Positions 19,795-31,179 of a stretch of 64,000 nucleotides of DNA are shown here, piece by piece; the stretch's first letter is position 1; every line of letters starts with the position of its first letter. The position numbers were made by a program, and so were the translations under genes. The stretch comes from Fibrobacteria bacterium (GTDB taxonomy: Bacteria > Fibrobacterota > Fibrobacteria > UBA11236 > JADFYW01). Under the pieces are notes generated by a model that saw only the letters and a program-made list of their open reading frames with translations, did no database searches and was not told the origin of the DNA. The DNA lies in NCBI GenBank assembly GCA_965261055.1, contig OZ253440.1, positions 44,726 to 108,725 on the forward strand. Reading direction: 5' to 3'.

Positions 19795-21572
19795 AAAAAT
19801 TATTATTAATCTTTATTATTTTATTGTTGGTACTAAATTTCTGTACCACCAGAATGGATGACTGTGTAAATTTAACTTATGAGGGATTATCTGATATTCT
19901 CTTAACAACGCAAAAGCAAGTGAATGATTTTGGTGAAAATAAATATGAAGTTATTCCTGTGAGCGTTACCATTTCAGGGCCCGATATTACAGACCTATCT
20001 CCTTTAAATACCATTCAAACGATTACAGGAGGTTTAGTGATTCAAAATAATGATTCTCTTACAAGTTTATTAGGATTGGTTAATCTTATTTCGATAGACT
20101 CCTTATTGATAGATAATAACGATGTCTTAATCCATTTGCCCCCTAACTTAACTTATATTGGAGATAGAATATTGGTTCTTTCTAATGTTCTTCTTACTAA
20201 TTTTTGTTCTTTAATGAATGTGACTACTATGCCTATATATAGATTTAGTGGAAATGGCTATGATCCTAGTTTCTTTGAAGCTCAAGATCCTAGAACTTGC
20301 CAAACATTTATTTATCAAGGAAGTGATGTTACCTTAACAACGCAACAGCAAGTCAATGATTTTGGTACAAATAAATACATTCTTCTTGAAGCAGGTATCA
20401 CAATTACAGGAGCTGATATTAAAGATTTATCTCCATTAAGTACGATAGACTCAATTGAAGGCGATTTAACGATTTTTTCTAATCCCTCTCTAAAGACTTT
20501 ATTAGGATTTGGTAGCTCAATTGGAGGCAATTTAGAAGTGATAAATAATAATTCCTTAATTAACTTTTGTAATTTGAGTAACGCCTTAATTAGCTTCTCT
20601 AATACATATATAGTTTCTGGAAACTTATATAATCCAACATTGTTGCAAGTACAAGACTCTACAACTTGCGGACTATTTACTTACACAGGAAATGCTGTTA
20701 CCTTATCCACACAAGAACAAGTGGATGTCTTTGGTGAAAATAAATATACTTTTATTAAAGCTGATGTCACGATTCAAGGAAATGATATTAAAAATTTATC
20801 TCCTCTGAATACCATATATTCTATTGAAGGCGATTTAACAATTTCTTCTAATGATTCTCTATTTATTTTGTCAGGAATTGAAAATTTAGCTTTTATTGGA
20901 GGTGATTTAGAAGTGATGGATAATGATAAGTTAATGAATTTTTGTAGCTTAAAGACCGCTACCATTAGATTTACTAATACATACACAGTCTTTGGAAATT
21001 ATTATAATCCATCACTTTCACGCATACAAAATCTTGAAACTTGTCAGTACACAGGAATTTATGAAGGAAATGCAATTATTTTAAGAAGCCAACAAGAAGT
21101 CAACGATTTTGGTGAAAACAAATACATCAATATTAATGCACGCTTTGCTATCAATGGAGTTGATATTACCGACTTATCTTCTTTAAATACAATTGACTCT
21201 ATTGAAGGTAGCTTGTCTATTACATTTAACGATTCTTTAACCAATTTATCAGGACTAGATAACTTAACTTTTATTGGAGGTCATTTAGATGTGAATGAAA
21301 ATCCTGAATTAATGACTTTCTCAGATTTAGCTAATCTAACCTCTATAGGAGGTAATTTATCTATTTCATTTAATCCCTTAACGACTTTCTCAGGGTTAGA
21401 AAGTTTAATGTCTATTGGAGGTAATCTATCAATTGAATCTAATTCTTCTCTAGTTAATTATTGTGCTTTAACGACGGTTTTAACTGGATTTACTAATACA
21501 TACACAATTTCTAGAAACGGATATGATCCAACATTAACGCAAATACAAGGTTCTAATACTTGTCGCCAGTAA
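19791..21572 (+). CDS. Putative lipoprotein with four tandem receptor-L-domain / LRR-like modules
   Basis: Signal MKKLLLIFIILLLVLNF-C; four modules starting with TxQxxVxxFGxNKY-like motifs, containing LxxIGGxLxIxxNxxL units and ending in NF/YC...GN/RNxYxP...TC. Confidence 0.8.
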   Translation: MKKLLLIFIILLLVLNFCTTRMDDCVNLTYEGLSDILLTTQKQVNDFGENKYEVIPVSVTISGPDITDLSPLNTIQTITGGLVIQNNDSLTSLLGLVNLISIDSLLIDNNDVLIHLPPNLTYIGDRILVLSNVLLTNFCSLMNVTTMPIYRFSGNGYDPSFFEAQDPRTCQTFIYQGSDVTLTTQQQVNDFGTNKYILLEAGITITGADIKDLSPLSTIDSIEGDLTIFSNPSLKTLLGFGSSIGGNLEVINNNSLINFCNLSNALISFSNTYIVSGNLYNPTLLQVQDSTTCGLFTYTGNAVTLSTQEQVDVFGENKYTFIKADVTIQGNDIKNLSPLNTIYSIEGDLTISSNDSLFILSGIENLAFIGGDLEVMDNDKLMNFCSLKTATIRFTNTYTVFGNYYNPSLSRIQNLETCQYTGIYEGNAIILRSQQEVNDFGENKYININARFAINGVDITDLSSLNTIDSIEGSLSITFNDSLTNLSGLDNLTFIGGHLDVNENPELMTFSDLANLTSIGGNLSISFNPLTTFSGLESLMSIGGNLSIESNSSLVNYCALTTVLTGFTNTYTISRNGYDPTLTQIQGSNTCRQ

Positions 21573-21619
21573 AATAGATTAATACACAAAACTGTTATAA
21601 AAGACAGTAAATAATTTTT

Positions 21620-22140
21620 ATCATTGCAGTTGTAAATTTGCCTCCCTTAAATACAATGAACTCTATTGTCGGGGATTTAACGATTCTCTAATAATATTAT
21701 CAGTATTAGTGAGTCTAAAACGATTAACGGTAGTTTGGGGGCTATAGAAAATTCTTCCTTATACTCTATCAGGATTAGGTAAAATAACTTCTATTACAGG
21801 TAATCTAAACCTTGAGAGAAACTTTTCTCTAACCAACTCTGTCGGGGTTAGATAGTTTAACTTCTATTGGAGGTGATTCAATGATTCATTCTAACTCGTC
21901 TTTAACTACGTTATCAGGGTTAGGTTAGCTGACTGCTTTTGGAGGTTCTTTCACAATTGAACTTAATCTTGCTTTGACTAATTTTTGTAGTTTAGGAATC
22001 TCCCTGAAGTGGATTTTCTAATCAATCTAGTATTCTTGTGAAAGGGTGTAATTTAATATTAACGCAAATACAAGATTCCAGTGCTTGTGGTCAATAGAGT
22101 TCGCAAATTTTGGAACAATAGGAGGTGATATTGATTTCAT
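21620..22140 (+). pseudogene. Decayed additional L-domain module / paralog
   Basis: Broken frames give LPPLNTMNSIVGDLTI, GLDSLTSIGGDSMIHSNSSLTTLSGL, LTNFCSL, LTQIQDSSACGQ*. Confidence 0.78.
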
Positions 22141-22208
22141 TCTTTTTTTGTCCATCGTGACTTATGATTTGTTAATCAAGAAACAGAATAAATTCTACAT
22201 TTTTTGAA

Positions 22209-22925
22209 ATGAGTGAATGGTATCAAAAATGGTTTAATCAGCTGTATGTCGATTTATACGCTCATCGTAACCAACAGCAAGCTATACAGCAAGTTAATGT
22301 TCTATTAAATGCTATTCAACTAAAGCCGTCTTCTTCTATTTTAGATATTGGTTGCGGAACAGGACGGCATTTAAATTTTTTGTTAGAAAGAGGCTTTGAT
22401 GCATGGGGAATGGATTTAAGTTTAGACTTATTAAAACTAGTTGAAAAAAAACATCGGATTGTTAGAGCCGATATGAATCAAATTCCTTTTCGTTTAAATC
22501 ATTTTGAGATGGTGACTTCTTTTTTCTCTTCTTTTGGTTATTTTAAAACAAAGGAACAAGATTTAGTTTTACTACAAACAATGAAAGACTTAGTAAAATT
22601 CAAAGGTTGGCTTTTTTTAGATTTGGCTCATAAAGATTTTGTGATTTCAAGCTTGGTTAGTCAAGACGAAAAAAATGAGAAAGGATACCATATCCTCCAA
22701 AAGCGTTCTATGAAAGAGAGTGTTGTGACAAAAGACATTATTGTGACCGATGCTCAAGGTAAGGTTCAAACTTACCAAGAAAATCTAAGATTGTACTCTT
22801 TAGAAGAAATGGAAAAAATCTTAAGTCAATATGGTTTACAGATTCAAAAGGTATTTGGTACAGAGATTGGAGATGATTTTAAAATAAATTCTCCTAGAAT
22901 GTCACTGTTAATTTACAAGTCATGA
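22209..22925 (+). CDS. Class I SAM-dependent methyltransferase
   Basis: ILDIGCGTGRH, GMDLS, VRADM, FSSFGYF; ATGA overlap with bshC. Confidence 0.92.
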   Translation: MSEWYQKWFNQLYVDLYAHRNQQQAIQQVNVLLNAIQLKPSSSILDIGCGTGRHLNFLLERGFDAWGMDLSLDLLKLVEKKHRIVRADMNQIPFRLNHFEMVTSFFSSFGYFKTKEQDLVLLQTMKDLVKFKGWLFLDLAHKDFVISSLVSQDEKNEKGYHILQKRSMKESVVTKDIIVTDAQGKVQTYQENLRLYSLEEMEKILSQYGLQIQKVFGTEIGDDFKINSPRMSLLIYKS

Positions 22926-24469
22926 GTATCTGTTACCAAACTAAAGAGGTTTCTCAAAAAAAATCCATATGGCAGGATTTTTGGTTTCAAAGAATCACAG
23001 AAAACCCTAGATTAAATTATCAAAAAAAAGAAGCTTTTTCACAGCGTTTAGAACAATTGAAAAATCATTCATGGAATTCTAATCTTATTTATGATTGGTT
23101 TGTATTTGAACATCAAAGCTTAGATCTTAGTGTTAAACAAAAACAAAACTTAGAGAAAATTAAAAATTCTAATACACGATTTATTCTTACAGGTCAACAG
23201 CCACAAATTTTAACAGGTTCAATTTATACTTTTTATAAATCTTTGACAGCGATAAAGCAAGCACAAATATGGAGTGATACATACGGTGAATCTATTATTC
23301 CTGTTTTTTGGATAGCAGGGGAAGACACTGATGCTTTAGAGTGTGGTCATTTAGAAATTGTAGAAAATCAAAATAATTATAATTTATTAGATCCATTAAG
23401 CCATAAAAAAATGATGAGTTTTATAGAAATTAAAAATTTAATGGAAGAGTTGGTTTCTAAATTAAAGTCACAATGGTCTGTAGAAATGATTGATTTTTTC
23501 CAATCAATCAATCAAAAATCTAAAACGCTTTCAGAGTGGTTCAAAGAATTACTGCATTTTTTTTTAAAGGACACAGGTCTTTTATTTGTTGATGGCTCTT
23601 CTGCACAGTTTCAAAAATTAGCTCAACCAAAAATGAATCAAATCGTGACTCAGTCTCAAAAATTCTCTGAACTTCTTCAGAAGGGGAGTCGCGATTTAAT
23701 TCAGAAGTATGGCAAAACCCAAGTTAAAATAAAAGACCAAATACATGCTTTTGAAATTCAGAATAACGAGAGGTTTCAAGTAGAGTCTTCAAATTATAAC
23801 ATAGAAAAAATTTATACTCATAATGTGCTTTCTCGTGCTGTTTTAATTTCTGCTGTCCTCCCTGTGATGGCACATGTTTTAGGTTCAAGTGAAATGGGAT
23901 ATTTCTTGCAACTTAGGGAAATTTTATCAGAGTGGGAACAAGGAGAACCGTTGATGATTCCTAGAATGAGTGCATTTATTTATCCAAAGCGTTTAAAAAT
24001 AAAAATAGAAGAGTTTGGGATTAATTTCGAAGAATTTATGTTTAAAAGTCCATCAAAAGTTAAATTGGTCTGGATTGATAAGTATTGGAAGCAATGGATC
24101 ATCACTAAAGGTTATTCTTTGAATTGGGCAGAAAATCTTGAAGCTCAATTACAAAATCAAATTGAGAATAAGACCATTCCTAGCGGATTGTATCGAAAAG
24201 TGACAGAGAAACTAATACGCACGCAGAAACAACAAAATAAACAGTGGATCAAGGAGTTGCAAAAACAATTTTTGATAGAAAAAGAAAAAGAATACAAAGA
24301 GTTCTTAAAAGATTTTGAATGGTTTTGTTCTGGGCGTTCACAAGACCGTTGTTTAAACATTTTTTCTTTAGTGAATCAATTGGGTTTTGGATCTTTCCCT
24401 GATTTTTTTTTAGAACTAGATCCTTTAAGCACAGCACAGCAACTCATTTTTTGGGAGCAACAATGCTAG
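22922..24469 (+). CDS. bshC: Bacillithiol biosynthesis protein BshC (putative cysteine-adding enzyme)
   Basis: TGQQ...IYTFYK, PVFWIAGED, GSSEMGY, PRMS, QDR.LNIF match the BshC motif order. Confidence 0.85.
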   Translation: MSICYQTKEVSQKKSIWQDFWFQRITENPRLNYQKKEAFSQRLEQLKNHSWNSNLIYDWFVFEHQSLDLSVKQKQNLEKIKNSNTRFILTGQQPQILTGSIYTFYKSLTAIKQAQIWSDTYGESIIPVFWIAGEDTDALECGHLEIVENQNNYNLLDPLSHKKMMSFIEIKNLMEELVSKLKSQWSVEMIDFFQSINQKSKTLSEWFKELLHFFLKDTGLLFVDGSSAQFQKLAQPKMNQIVTQSQKFSELLQKGSRDLIQKYGKTQVKIKDQIHAFEIQNNERFQVESSNYNIEKIYTHNVLSRAVLISAVLPVMAHVLGSSEMGYFLQLREILSEWEQGEPLMIPRMSAFIYPKRLKIKIEEFGINFEEFMFKSPSKVKLVWIDKYWKQWIITKGYSLNWAENLEAQLQNQIENKTIPSGLYRKVTEKLIRTQKQQNKQWIKELQKQFLIEKEKEYKEFLKDFEWFCSGRSQDRCLNIFSLVNQLGFGSFPDFFLELDPLSTAQQLIFWEQQC

Positions 24470-24948
24470 AGAATACACAGTTACTAGAAGCATCTAAAGG
24501 TTACACTCGAGTTTTTATTTTTGCATCAACAGAGTCTTTAGAGGATTATCAGTCTCAATTTAAAATTGAAATTGAACATTTTTTGAAAAAATGGAGAAAT
24601 GAAAAAAATCCTCTAGTTAAAGGAAATTGGAGTTTATTTGACAAACATTTTATAATGGTTTTCGCAGATGAGTCGAATCATGCTTTATCAGGTTGTAGCA
24701 AAGACTTTTTGCATCATTTAGTTTTTGATTTTGCAAAAAAAAATAACTTGGAAATACCTTCGCCTTATTTATTCATTAAGAAAGACACCTCTACCGTTCA
24801 AGTTTTATCGCGTTCAGATTTTTCAGAAGCTAAAGAAAGAGGGGATATTAATCCAAAAACTTTAGTCTATGATACAATTCTAACGCAAACAACTCAATTA
24901 AATCAATTTATAAGGCCGTGTCAAGACTCTTGGCATCATCAACTTTAA
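24463..24948 (+). CDS. Conserved hypothetical protein with SGCSxD motif
   Basis: RVFIF...W...DES..ALSGCSKD...; RBS GGGAG at 24453; 7-nt overlap with the bshC end. Confidence 0.7.
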   Translation: MLENTQLLEASKGYTRVFIFASTESLEDYQSQFKIEIEHFLKKWRNEKNPLVKGNWSLFDKHFIMVFADESNHALSGCSKDFLHHLVFDFAKKNNLEIPSPYLFIKKDTSTVQVLSRSDFSEAKERGDINPKTLVYDTILTQTTQLNQFIRPCQDSWHHQL

Positions 24949-24949
24949 T

Positions 24950-25183
24950 TTATGTATGTTTTTTTTGTTCTTTGTAGTTTGTCCCTAGGGTTGACAAGGT
25001 AATTAAATCACCATTTTCGGCTGAATTAGGACAAACTGAACAGGATTCGTCATATTTTTTGAGTAAGGCGTCACTGGTTTTACAAGAACCCTCAAGAGGT
25101 TTCCCTTTTAAAATTAGACTTAGAGACAAAGATAGGAGAGCACAGGAGAAAATAATGAAAGATAAAACTATAACGGTTAGCAT
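24950..25183 (-). CDS. Small membrane protein, NqrM/DUF539-like
   Basis: N-terminal TM followed by GKPLEGSC and CSVC. Confidence 0.55.
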   Translation of the reverse strand: MLTVIVLSFIIFSCALLSLSLSLILKGKPLEGSCKTSDALLKKYDESCSVCPNSAENGDLITLSTLGTNYKEQKKHT

Positions 25184-25233
25184 ACTTAAAATTTAGTTAA
25201 ATTTGACTAGGTTGAATTTGTTTAGTTCATAAA

Positions 25234-25635
25234 ATGTTAATAAAATACTTTCTTTTCGTTTTAGGTTTGCTCTTTTTGGGAATAGCTATTTTAGGCTATG
25301 TTATACCTCCCGTACCAGCGACGCCTTTTCTGCTTATTGCTGCTTTTTGTTTTAGTAGATCTTCTCCTCGTCTATATAATTGGATTTTAAACCGCAAACA
25401 TGTTGGTTCAATTGTTAAAAATTATATAGAGCATAGGGTTCTCTCAATGAGACTAAAAATTTTTTTTGTTTCGGGGACTTTGTTTTTTGCGATTTATGTT
25501 GTTGGGTTTGTTCTTGAACAATGGTGGTCTCGCTTTTTTGTTGGGTTTGTTCTTTTCGTCACAATCATTATCATTTTATTACACTCTTCGGAGATGAAAT
25601 ATTTGTCAAAACAAAAGACAGCAAACCAGTTATAA
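25234..25635 (+). CDS. ybaN: YbaN/DUF454 family inner-membrane protein
   Basis: GIAILGYVIPPVPATPFLLIAAFCFSRSSPRLYNWI. Confidence 0.85.
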   Translation: MLIKYFLFVLGLLFLGIAILGYVIPPVPATPFLLIAAFCFSRSSPRLYNWILNRKHVGSIVKNYIEHRVLSMRLKIFFVSGTLFFAIYVVGFVLEQWWSRFFVGFVLFVTIIIILLHSSEMKYLSKQKTANQL

Positions 25636-25671
25636 TTTTATTAAATTTGTCTTTTCATTACAAGGAATGAC

Positions 25672-26832
25672 ATGAAATTATTAGAATATCAAGCAAAAAA
25701 AGTTCTAAAAGAAATGAGATTACCTGTTCCAGTAGGTCAAAATGTAAATTCTATTGAAAAGTTGGAGAACGCAGTTCAACAATTACATTTAACTACAGGT
25801 GTTTTAAAGGCACAAGCTTATACGGGTGGTCGTGGAAAAGCTGGTGGTATTAAACTCTATAAGACACTAGACGAGGCTAAAGAAATGTATCAAAGCATTT
25901 CTAAAATGCGTTTGGTTACAAAGCAAACAGGTCCTGAAGGAACAGAAGTACATTCTGTTTATATTGAAGAGGCCAATCAAATTGAAAAAGAATTATATGT
26001 TGCTTTTGTTGTTGATCGTTCACGAGGCAGTATTGCTATTATCTTATCCGAAGAGGGCGGTGCTGATATTGAAGAGGTTACAGAGAAAAATCCTGAAAAA
26101 ATTTTTAAATTATACCCTAATTTTTTAGAAGGTGTGACAGAGTCTTTAGCTCGTGAAGGTTTTGACTTTATGCATTTAGCTGAATCTTTGTTTTCAAGTT
26201 GGTTTGATTGCTTACAAAAATTATACAAAGTGTTTGTTAGTAAAGATTGTTCTTTGTTAGAAATCAATCCTTTGATTACTACAAAAGAAGGTGAATTATC
26301 TATTCTAGACTGTAAATTTGATGTAGACGATAATGCTCTTTTTCGTCAAAGTGATCTTGACGGCGATCCTAATGCGGATAACACAACTTCTGAAATTGAA
26401 GCGACTCAATATGGTTTAAGTTACATTCAACTTGATGGAAAAATAGGTTGTATGGTTAATGGTGCTGGTTTAGCAATGGCAACAATGGATATTATCCAAC
26501 ATTATGGTGGAAGTCCAGCAAACTTTTTAGATGTAGGTGGTTCTGCTTCTAAGGAAGCAATTGTGAAAGCATTTCAAATCATTACTTCAGACCAAAATGT
26601 TGAGGGAATTTTAGTTAACATTTTTGGTGGTATTATGCGTTGTGATGTTATTGCTAAAGGAATTTTAAAGGCAATGGAAATTGTTGAGTTAAAAATTCCT
26701 TTGGTTGTGCGTCTTTCTGGAACTAAATCAGAAGAAGGTCAAGAGATTATTGACAAAGCAGGCTTGGATTTAGTGAGTGCTGAAGCACTATCAGAAGCTG
26801 CCAAAAAAATTGTTCAAATTGTTTATAAATAA
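25672..26832 (+). CDS. sucC: Succinyl-CoA ligase (ADP-forming) beta subunit
   Basis: [50 protein letters not shown]. Confidence 0.97.
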   Translation: MKLLEYQAKKVLKEMRLPVPVGQNVNSIEKLENAVQQLHLTTGVLKAQAYTGGRGKAGGIKLYKTLDEAKEMYQSISKMRLVTKQTGPEGTEVHSVYIEEANQIEKELYVAFVVDRSRGSIAIILSEEGGADIEEVTEKNPEKIFKLYPNFLEGVTESLAREGFDFMHLAESLFSSWFDCLQKLYKVFVSKDCSLLEINPLITTKEGELSILDCKFDVDDNALFRQSDLDGDPNADNTTSEIEATQYGLSYIQLDGKIGCMVNGAGLAMATMDIIQHYGGSPANFLDVGGSASKEAIVKAFQIITSDQNVEGILVNIFGGIMRCDVIAKGILKAMEIVELKIPLVVRLSGTKSEEGQEIIDKAGLDLVSAEALSEAAKKIVQIVYK

Positions 26833-26845
26833 GAAGAAGGAATTT

Positions 26846-28661
<1,816 letters not shown>

Positions 28662-28670
28662 TTTATTATT

Positions 28671-29345
28671 ATGTTAAAATTTGCCCTCTTAGGCTGTTTG
28701 TTATTGAGTCTCCCAGTTTTTGCTGAGAGACTTTATGCTCCAGTTGAAAAGGGCTGTTTTGCGAACAAAGGTTGTGCAATTATAGGTTATGTTGTACCCG
28801 CCTTTAAATTGACTGTCATCAATGATGTAGGAGTTTCTCTTTACGGAGGGAATACAGGTTTTTTAATTGCAACACCTAAAAGGCAAAATGCTTTTGGTCT
28901 TGGAATGGCTATTTACTCTTTATTAAACTATAAAATAGGTTTTGATACACATATTCCAGTCATAGGACGCCCTTTTTTAAGTCGTGTGCGTTCAGATATT
29001 CCTCCTCAAGATCTACTTCAATTCTTCCATTTTGGAATTTATTTTGAATGGATTTTTGTTCCACAAGAGGATGTTCATGGCGGTATACGCTTTTTGTTAT
29101 CAAGAGGGCAATTCAGTTCTGCTAGTCCTGCACCAGAGAAAAAAATTTGGATTTATCAGCCTGAATTCTTCTTTCAAGGTAATATTTCGCATTGGCTACA
29201 ATATGACTGGGGAATTCAATTCCGTTTCGTTCTGGAAAACCAGAGTCACCTAACATCCTTTTTTGATCGTTCTCAAATTGGAACAGAGTTTCGTTTGCGT
29301 TTCGGCTGGTTTGATGTCGAACCAGAGATTGTTAGAGTAAAATAA
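28671..29345 (+). CDS. Hypothetical exported protein, probable outer-membrane beta-barrel
   Basis: Signal peptide ending PVFA; amphipathic aromatic strands; FRLRFGWF near the C-terminus. Confidence 0.55.
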   Translation: MLKFALLGCLLLSLPVFAERLYAPVEKGCFANKGCAIIGYVVPAFKLTVINDVGVSLYGGNTGFLIATPKRQNAFGLGMAIYSLLNYKIGFDTHIPVIGRPFLSRVRSDIPPQDLLQFFHFGIYFEWIFVPQEDVHGGIRFLLSRGQFSSASPAPEKKIWIYQPEFFFQGNISHWLQYDWGIQFRFVLENQSHLTSFFDRSQIGTEFRLRFGWFDVEPEIVRVK

Positions 29346-29481
29346 GTTGATAAGGAAGGTATGGTATAAAAGGTGTTTTATTTGCTGTATCTACCAAAAT
29401 ATATTATTTAAAATGGGAAATCCATAAGAACTTGGTATATCATAAGGGGGCGGAATATTTAATTATTCAAACAAAAAAGTT

Positions 29482-30136
29482 ATGAAATTTATAGATCTAT
29501 TTGTAGGGATTGGAGGGATAAAGATAGGATTTTAAAATGCAGGTTTTCAATATTTTTTCAAATGATTTTGATCCAAATATAAAAATAACTTTTGACTTTA
29601 ATCTTTCGGAATTTGAAAAACAAATGATTCTTGGAGACATTCAAGAAATTCCAACTAGTAGAATTCCAGATCATGATATTCTATGTAGTGGTTTTCCATG
29701 TCAGCTATTTTCTGTAGCTGGATATAGACAAGGTTTTGAAGACGAGAGAGGAAACTTATTTTTTGATATTAATCAGAATTTTGAAAGCCAAAAATCCAAA
29801 GGCTTTTTTACTTGAAAATATGAAAAATTTAAAAATGGTATTACAAAGAGAGATACTGTTTACCAATGGAGAAGAAAATATGTAAGAGAAAATAAAAATG
29901 GAGTTTGCCCAACTCTTACTGTAAATATGGGAATGGGAGGGCATAATATGCCACTTGTTTTAAACGGAAAAGGAATTAGAAAACTAACACCAAGAGAATG
30001 TGATAATTTTCAAGATTTTCCAAAAGATTATAAACTTCCAGATATTGCAACCTCGTATTTATACAAGCAATTTGGTAATTCAATTCCAGTAATTGGAAGA
30101 ATTGCTGAAAATATGTATTTAGCCCTAATAAAATAA
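29482..30136 (+). pseudogene. DNA cytosine-5 methyltransferase, disrupted and internally deleted
   Basis: MKFIDLFVGIGG (motif I), GFPCQ.FS.AG.RQGFEDERGNLFF (IV), ENMKNL (VI), TRD YQWRRKYVRENKNGVCPTLT, RKLTPREC..FQDFP, LYKQFGNS (IX-X); stops and frameshifts. Confidence 0.9.
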
Positions 30137-30138
30137 AC

Positions 30139-30520
30139 ATGTTTTTTGAAACTCAAACAAAACAGCAAAGGCAAGAATATCAAGATTTTTTGAAAATAGT
30201 AGGTTGTATTTCGAATCTTTTTTGATTCAGAAATTCCATACTTATATTATCGTGTAGCAGAATTTTTTTTGTCGTGCTTTTGAAGTAGAAGACTTATCAA
30301 GAAGTGATGTTTCGGTAGATACTAAAAAAGATATTTTAGGAATTGGGTTAAAAACTTTTCTTGTTGGAAGTAGTAAAAGTTTTCAGAAAATTGCAGAGTT
30401 CAATAGTGATAGACTTCTTTATGTTAACCTTAAAACGCAACAACTTGTCAGAAAAGTCGCAGAATTAAGAAATGCAAGAATTGAGTTTACAGAAAAGCAC
30501 ATGGACTAGGAAGAATTTTA
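30139..30520 (+). pseudogene. Type II restriction endonuclease, NgoFVII-like, N-terminal remnant
   Basis: IPYLYYRVAE, FCRAFEVEDLSRSDVSVD, GIGLKTF, FQKIAEFN; two frameshifts and truncated. Family name from memory of the motifs. Confidence 0.7.
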
Positions 30521-30545
30521 AATTTATATGTCAGAAACACAAAAA

Positions 30546-31041
30546 ATGAACAACTATAATTTATCATTTATATTAAATACAGATTTATATAATCATGTTT
30601 TACAAACAATAAACGCATATAGTTCTGAAATGGATTTAAAAAAGTTCAATAAAAACTTAATTGATCCTATAAAATTAACATTTGACTCCATTGTTTATGG
30701 ACAAAGTTTATAAAGATACTATCGAAAATGAAGTATTAAGATAATTTGACAAAACCAATTTAAATATTATTGGTTATTTTCATCAAAATATTTTTAAAAT
30801 TTTTAAAATAATTGGAATATTCCAAAACAAGGTTATGATATTGAAAATCTAAAAGTTTTTGTAGAAATGGAGAATAAACATAATACTATGAATTCTTCAT
30901 CAAGTACGAAAACATATATGAGATTTCAAAATACAATTATCAAAGACAAAGATTCAAAATTATTTTTAGTTGAAATTATCGTAAAAAATAGTCAAAATAT
31001 TCCTTGGGTTATAACTTTAGACGAAGTAAAACAACCATCAA
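30546..31041 (+). pseudogene. Eco47II-family restriction endonuclease remnant
   Basis: FNKNLIDPIKLTFD, NIIGYFHQNIF, VEMENKHNTMNSSSS.KTYM; internal stops and 3' truncation. Confidence 0.8.
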
Positions 31042-31179
31042 ACTAGACCTCTAACAATTCTAGAAAGTACAAGAATTCAAACATTTCCCGATAATTGGGA
31101 ATTTTAAGGAGTAAAAGGGCAACAATATAAACAAATAGGGAATGCTGTTCCTGTGAATTTGGCTTATGCTTTGGCTTAA
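31042..31179 (+). pseudogene. 3' fragment of a second cytosine-5 methyltransferase
   Basis: TRPLTILESTRIQTFPDNWEF*GVKGQQYKQIGNAVPVNLAYALA* (motifs IX-X). Confidence 0.85.

Noticed and set aside
25499-25554. 17-bp direct repeat TTGTTGGGTTTGTTCTT inside ybaN
   Set aside because: It encodes VGFVL twice in low-complexity TM segments; no evidence of function.
29355-29481. Possible HTH/controller-gene remnant upstream of the methyltransferase relic (FAVSTK...KWE)
   Set aside because: Similarity is too weak to support without an HMM search.
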